64,000 nucleotides of DNA from Eimeria praecox (lineage: Eukaryota). The position numbers and the translations under genes were made by a program. Shown here in pieces: positions 58,704 to 64,000 of the stretch (the first letter of the stretch is position 1; each line of letters begins with the position of its first letter). The DNA lies in contig OY986949.1 of the NCBI GenBank assembly GCA_963920595.1, positions 1,736,001 to 1,800,000 of the forward strand, read 5' to 3'. Below the pieces are notes generated by a model. That model saw nothing but the letters and a program-made list of their open reading frames with translations, searched no databases and was not told the DNA's origin.

Positions 58704-61109
58704 AGACAGACAGAGACAGGAAGAGATAGGAGGAGACAGAAGGAGACAGAGAGAGACAAATAAAGAGAAAAGGAGACAGACGGAGACAGAAGGAGACAGA
58801 GAGAGACAAATAAAGAGAGAAGGAGACAGACGGAGACAGGAAGAGATAGGAGGAGACAGAGAGGGAGAGAGAGAGAGAGAGAGAGAGAGACAAATAGATA
58901 GAAAAGGAGACAGACGGAGACAGGAAGAGACAGGAGGAGACAGAAGGAGACAGAGAGAGACAAATAAAGAGAGGAGACAGACGGAGACAGGAGGAGACAG
59001 AAGGAGACAGAGAGGGAGAGAGAGAGAGACAAATAGAGAGAAAAGGAGACAGACGGAGACAGGAAGAGATAGGAGGAGACAGAAGGAGACTGAGAGAGAC
59101 AAATAAAGAGAGAAGGAGACAGAAGGAGACAGAAGGAGACAGAGAGAGAGGCAAATAGAGAGAAAAGGAGACAGACGGAGACAGGAAGAGATAGGAGGAG
59201 ACAGAAGGAGACAGGAGGAGACAGAGAGAGACAAATAAACAGAAAAAGAGACAGGAGGAGACAGCAGGAGACAAAGAGAGACATGAGGAGACAGAGAAGG
59301 AGGCAACCGGAGACAGAGAGAGACAGAGAGAGACAGAGACAGAGAAAGAGATTAAGAACGACAGAGAGAGACAGAGAGAGAGAGAGAGAGAGGGAGAGAG
59401 TAAAGGAGACAGAGGAGACAGACACAACAAAGGAGGAGAAAGATTAAGACGAAGGCTCTACTAAAAACAGAAGAGAGGAGACAGACAAAGAGAGACAGGA
59501 GACAAACACAACAAAAAGAGAAGAGACAGAGAGAGAGACAGAGGAGACAGAGAAGACAAACACAACAACAAGAAGGGAGGAGACAGAGAAAGAGAGAGAC
59601 AGAGGAGACAGACAGAGAGAGACAGAGCAGACAGAGGAGACAGAGAGAGAGACAGAGAGAGAGAGACAGAGGAGACAGAGAGAGACAGAGAGGAGGCAGA
59701 GGAAACATAAAACACAACAGCAGCAACAAGAGTAAACTAACAAACACGATTTGTTTAAACACCGCCATAGACTGCCTCTAGGGTTTACGGCCTAAACCCT
59801 AAACCCTAAACCCTAAACCCTAAACCCTAAACCCTAAACCCTCGAGGAGAGGAAGAACAGTAGCATTAGTATCAGTACTTTGAATCCTCAACCCCAAACC
59901 CTCAAACCCTAAACCCTAGAAACCCTAATTAAACCCTAAAACCCCTAACCAAACCCTACAAAAACTCTAGCTAAATCCTATAAACCCTAAACCCTAAACC
60001 CTAGTATCAGTCTAATACCTCCAATGTTAACCCTATAAACCCTAAACCCTAAACCCTAAACCCTAAACCCTAGTATCATTCTAATACCTCCAATGTTAAC
60101 CATATAAACCCTAAACCCTAAACCCTAAGCCCTAAACCCTAAACCCTAAACCCTAACCCCTAGTATCAGTCTAGTACCTCCAATGTTAACCCTATAAACC
60201 CTAAACCCTAAACCCTAGCATCAGTCTAATACCTCCAATGTTAACCCAATAAACCCTAAACCCTAAACCCTAAACCCTAAACCCTAAACCCTAGTATCAT
60301 TCTAATCCCTCCAATGTTAACCCTATAAACCCTAAACCCTAAACCCTAACCCCTAAACCCTAAACCCTAGTATCATTCTAATACCAACAATGTTAGCCCT
60401 ATAAGCCCTAAACCCTAAACCCTAAACCCTATTATCATTCTAATACCTCCAATGTTAACCCTATAAACCCTAAACCCTAAACCCTAAACCCTAGTATCAG
60501 TCTAATACCTCCAATGTTAACCCTATAAACCCTAAACCCTGAACCCTAAACCCTAAACCCTTAAACCTAGCATCAGTCTAATCCTTCCAATGTTAACCCT
60601 ATAAACCCTAAACCCTAACCCCTAACCCCTAACCCCTAAACCCTAGTATGATTTTAATACCTCCAATGTTTAATAATTTTCATCAAGACCAGCGAATCTA
60701 CTTCTACAACACGAAGAGCAGAAGAACGCTGTGGTTGTTGTTTTGTTGTTCTTAGATTGGGGGCCCCCCTACCCCATGACCCCCAGGCTGCCTTGGAATC
60801 GCCTGACGCGGGGGCCCCCGCTCCCCCCTCTGTCTGCTGCTGCTGCTGCTGCTGCTGATCCTGCTGCTGCTGCTGCTGCTGCTGCTGTCCGCCCTCTTCT
60901 CCTATACGACCTCGCAGCAAACTGTTAACTAGTGCTGCAGCTCCCTCTGCTGTTGCTGCGCCTCGGCCTCCTCCTATACCTCCTCCTCCTGCTGCTGCTG
61001 CTGCTGGAGCTGCTGCTGCTGCTGCTGTTCCTGCTGCTGTTGCTGCTGCTGTTGCTGCTGCAGCACCCCCTGCCCCCCTTAAATGAGGCGGAACGTACTT
61101 AGTGCTCAT
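54914..61109 (-). CDS. EIF3H: Eukaryotic translation initiation factor 3 subunit H (MPN/JAB domain), ~463 aa
   Basis: Exons 61109-60661 (…[14 protein letters not shown]), 57769-57673 (VNGQLLG…[10 protein letters not shown]), 56293-55919 (YQDRM…[11 protein letters not shown]…YQ…AVLLAFDP…IKAFR) and 55384-54914 (VPVSLRN…[14 protein letters not shown]…PSLLPSML). All phases are consistent. Confidence 0.93.
60001..60670 (-). repeat. Array of 9 degenerate copies of the eIF3h exon-1 donor junction separated by variable telomere-like heptamers
   Basis: The core CTAGTATCA(G/T)TCTAATACCTCCAATGTTAACCCTAT occurs near 60001, 60070, 60160, 60215, 60291, 60367, 60429, 60491 and 60567. It matches the true junction at 60642-60670. 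Confidence 0.9.
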
Positions 61110-61204
61110 CCTCAAGATATCTTAGCTGTCAATACACCCGAGAAAATCTAAAATTTAAAACAATTTAACCCTAACACAAAATCGAAGAATACGCTCGGAG
61201 CCCT

Positions 61205-61244
<40 letters not shown>

Positions 61245-64000
61245 GCAGCAAAGGCAGCAATAACAAAGCACCCTTAAGCCAATAATAATTAAGGATGCTG
61301 CATATCGCAATACCCTACCAAGTCTTCCTGTTATGTGTTAGGGTTTAGGGTTTAGGGTTTAGGGTTTAGGGTTTAGGGTTTAGGGCAGCCAAGCCTAAGA
61401 GCCCCAGCAGCAGCGCCGCCAGCCCCACCCCCCACAGGTAAGGAGTAGAGTTGTTGCTGCTTCATACAGCATCAAATATCAATAAATATATTAAATTAAT
61501 ATATAATATAATAAATTTAAATTAGAAAACAAACACAATAAACACTACAAAACCTGAAGAGGAAAACAGTCAAGATATTTTCTCTTGTATATAAACACAG
61601 ACAGAAAATTTGTATATTACGATTATTCTCATCTTTTAATATATTTAATTAAAATATAATTTTAAATTTATTTATTTAAAATATATTTAAATATACATAC
61701 TATCATCCTCAGTCTTCTATATCTATATAAGCCAAACAACTCAACAGAAGAACACACTAACAAAACCCTCATACAATACACCCTACAGAAGCTGCCAGGG
61801 GCCCCCCTCTACAGCTGCTACAGGGGCCCCCCTACCCCCCCTCTACCCCCCCCCTACCCCCCCTCTACCCCCCCACCCCCCCTCCCCCCAGGGGCAAGCG
61901 TACCTGAGGGGCCCTTCTGTAGCACTCGAAGAGATCCAGCAATTGAAGTAGACAGCATACATCCAAGTAAAAAAAAAAATTATCATATTAGAAACAGGCC
62001 GTGAGCACTACCCCCCCCCACCACCCCCCCGCCCCCCCCCCCCACCTGCATCCCCTCCCCCCTTGCTCGAGTAGGGGTTGTCTTCTTCTTTCTGTTGAAC
62101 GAGGAAGGCTTTGGTAGACTCGAGAGGGGGCTGCTTATGCTGTCTCTGTTACAGCTGGAGGGGAGGGGGAGGGGGAGTTCTGTGGCTCCATCGATTTTTG
62201 ATGGTTTGTTGTGTGCTGCTGCTGCTGCTGCTGCTGCGTCCCGTGCTGCTGCTTTGTTTGTTGTTAGAATTCATGCATCTCAGGCTGCAAATTCGGATGC
62301 TACGTAAGCTGACAGAGGAAGGCAACCGATCGTCATTCCCTTGATATGTCAATCAGCAATAAAAACAAACAAACCAAGAATGTTACAATGAAAGGTTTCT
62401 CTGTAGAGGCTTCGAGTTCGTTTTAGGTAGAGGAGGGGCTCGAGGCTATCACAAGAGACAGTGCCTCGTGATGACAAGGAGACAGACAGAAAGCCAGAAG
62501 ACCTTCTACACATGCAGCACAGCACTTGTCTCCAAATGTTTGTGGGCGATTCAACCTTACTCTATGGCGATGGATCTCGCCCTTGTCTTAGCGACTGCTG
62601 AGTGAAGAAGGCGAATTGATGTTGATAAGGAACGGCGTCGCACAAGCATTACACAGAATCTCACAGGGACTGTCTATCTCCTGGCTCTTTAAAGTAATAG
62701 TTTATTTTTCTGTGGCCTATGATCGATCATCCGTACGTTTGTATATTTAGGATCTAAGTCTCCTCAATGTGCGCCTGTCTTCAATAAGGCTGCTGCCTTC
62801 TTTCTGTGAAGGGAATTCGAAGAAGTTTTAATGACGTTCTGAGCCTCTTTAGAAAGCCAGCATCCCCCCGCCTTGGGGGGAAATCTACAATTATATCAGA
62901 GACAAACAGTGAAGGGACAAAGCCCGAGAACAGGAGGTTTTATTGTAGTGGTTTAGGTGTTGTATTCTAGTATAAACCGATTCCGTACAAAGGAGGAAGC
63001 GAGGCCTCTTTGATGAATATCTGTGAGTTTAGAGTCGCAAATACTGCACAGCAATGCGGGGGATTCCTTCAGCTTTACCCTCTACCTCTTGTGTCGAGTT
63101 GTTAAGAGAGGCCATTGTGTTGTTTGGTATTAAGCCGCCTCGTGAATGCGGTAAGAAACTCATATATATGAACTAGCAATTGTGTGTTTCAAGGATAACT
63201 GCAGATATTTTCAGGATAGATGAGCCGCTTCCTCTGCTGCTCTCACTGAAGTAGAATGGAGCTTGAAGTGAAGATATACTTACTGAGTCTGAGCCCCACA
63301 ACAGTGTAAACGCTATCAGAGCCTCTGACTACTGCTAAACCCACCATGATATACACCGAGCAAGGACGTCTGCAGATTCTGGAGAAGTCCTTGCTTGAAG
63401 GCACTCCACAGCTTTAGCTGCTGGCATTCCGAACAAGTTAACACAAATTTTCCTGCTGAGGGGTACACCCTAAGCGAGTCAAAGAACGTGGCGACACGAC
63501 ACACACCCCACTGTTCAGGGGATCCGATCCCGCCCGCTGAAGCATGATCGTGCATTGCATGCAAAGGCACTAGGAGAATCTAAACTGCGTGTGAAGGCGA
63601 TATTTTGGGGCTGAGCCTCCTCTTGCTGAGGCCTCATTATCTCAATGGCCTCGTAACCACCTTCGGCTGGTAGGAAGAATAGTGTGTCATAGTAAAACAC
63701 CACTAATACAAGAGAGGACGTCAGCAGCCTGATCAGACCGCTCCCAAATTTTTCTGAGGTCTCTTTTCATATAATTTGCTTGCTTTTTTTGAGTAGATCT
63801 GTGAAGAGCAAGATGAAGTGGGAGAGTAGAGGGACAATGCTGGGGGCAGCACGACGGGGAACGGAGAAACTCTAAAACTTTTGTATGGCATAGCCAGATC
63901 TGTTTGCCCTCTATATACGGTGAGACTGTTCGGGGCTTGTTAAAGAGACAAGAAACGCTATTTCCCGACCAAGGCAACAGCAGTTGTGTTCTCTGCATGC

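Larger units (their letters stand above)
8552..61385. repeat. Dispersed interstitial telomere-like (AAACCCT/TTTAGGG)n arrays, mostly intronic or intergenic
   Basis: Dozens of short arrays in both orientations, e.g. 8552, 14438, 14585, 15535, 22167, 22708, 23220, 25459, 26641, 33992, 34590, 43593, 44014, 49192, 50494, 51715, 59792 and 61338. Confidence 0.97.

Noticed and set aside
8552..61385. True telomere or chromosome-fusion site
   Set aside because: The arrays are short, numerous, in both orientations and inside introns of housekeeping genes, as is typical of interstitial Eimeria repeats.
63316..63998. Gene or retroelement in the repeat-poor end
   Set aside because: The short ORFs show no recognisable motifs and no consistent splice model. 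A database search is needed.

Overview
Eukaryotic, intron-rich DNA from a coccidian apicomplexan, very probably Eimeria. The signature is pervasive CAG/CTG trinucleotide runs, interstitial AAACCCT/TTTAGGG heptamer arrays, TGCATGCA octamers and GAGACA/TGTCTC satellites. About 1-62.3 kb is repeat-rich and the last ~1.7 kb is repeat-poor. Most ORF-track entries are simple-repeat artefacts. Manual splice-phase reconstruction supports these genes in order: an alveolin/IMC protein (-), two tandem secreted proteins with two MAR (microneme adhesive repeat) domains each (-), SCO1 (+), a ~1357-aa low-complexity orphan (+), a LOG-family phosphoribohydrolase (+), TRM112 (+), SRAP/HMCES (+, with a GC-AG intron) and eIF3h (-). 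The most striking unexplained structures are splice junctions tandemly amplified together with telomere-like repeats: nine 181-bp copies of the LOG exon-2 acceptor plus 27 codons, and nine copies of the eIF3h exon-1 donor. Also notable are a consistent AAACCCT(5')...TTTAGGG(3') inverted polarity inside introns and a dispersed GGTGTAYRTACACC palindrome that often sits on splice sites. All models are by-eye and unverified by transcripts or database searches.
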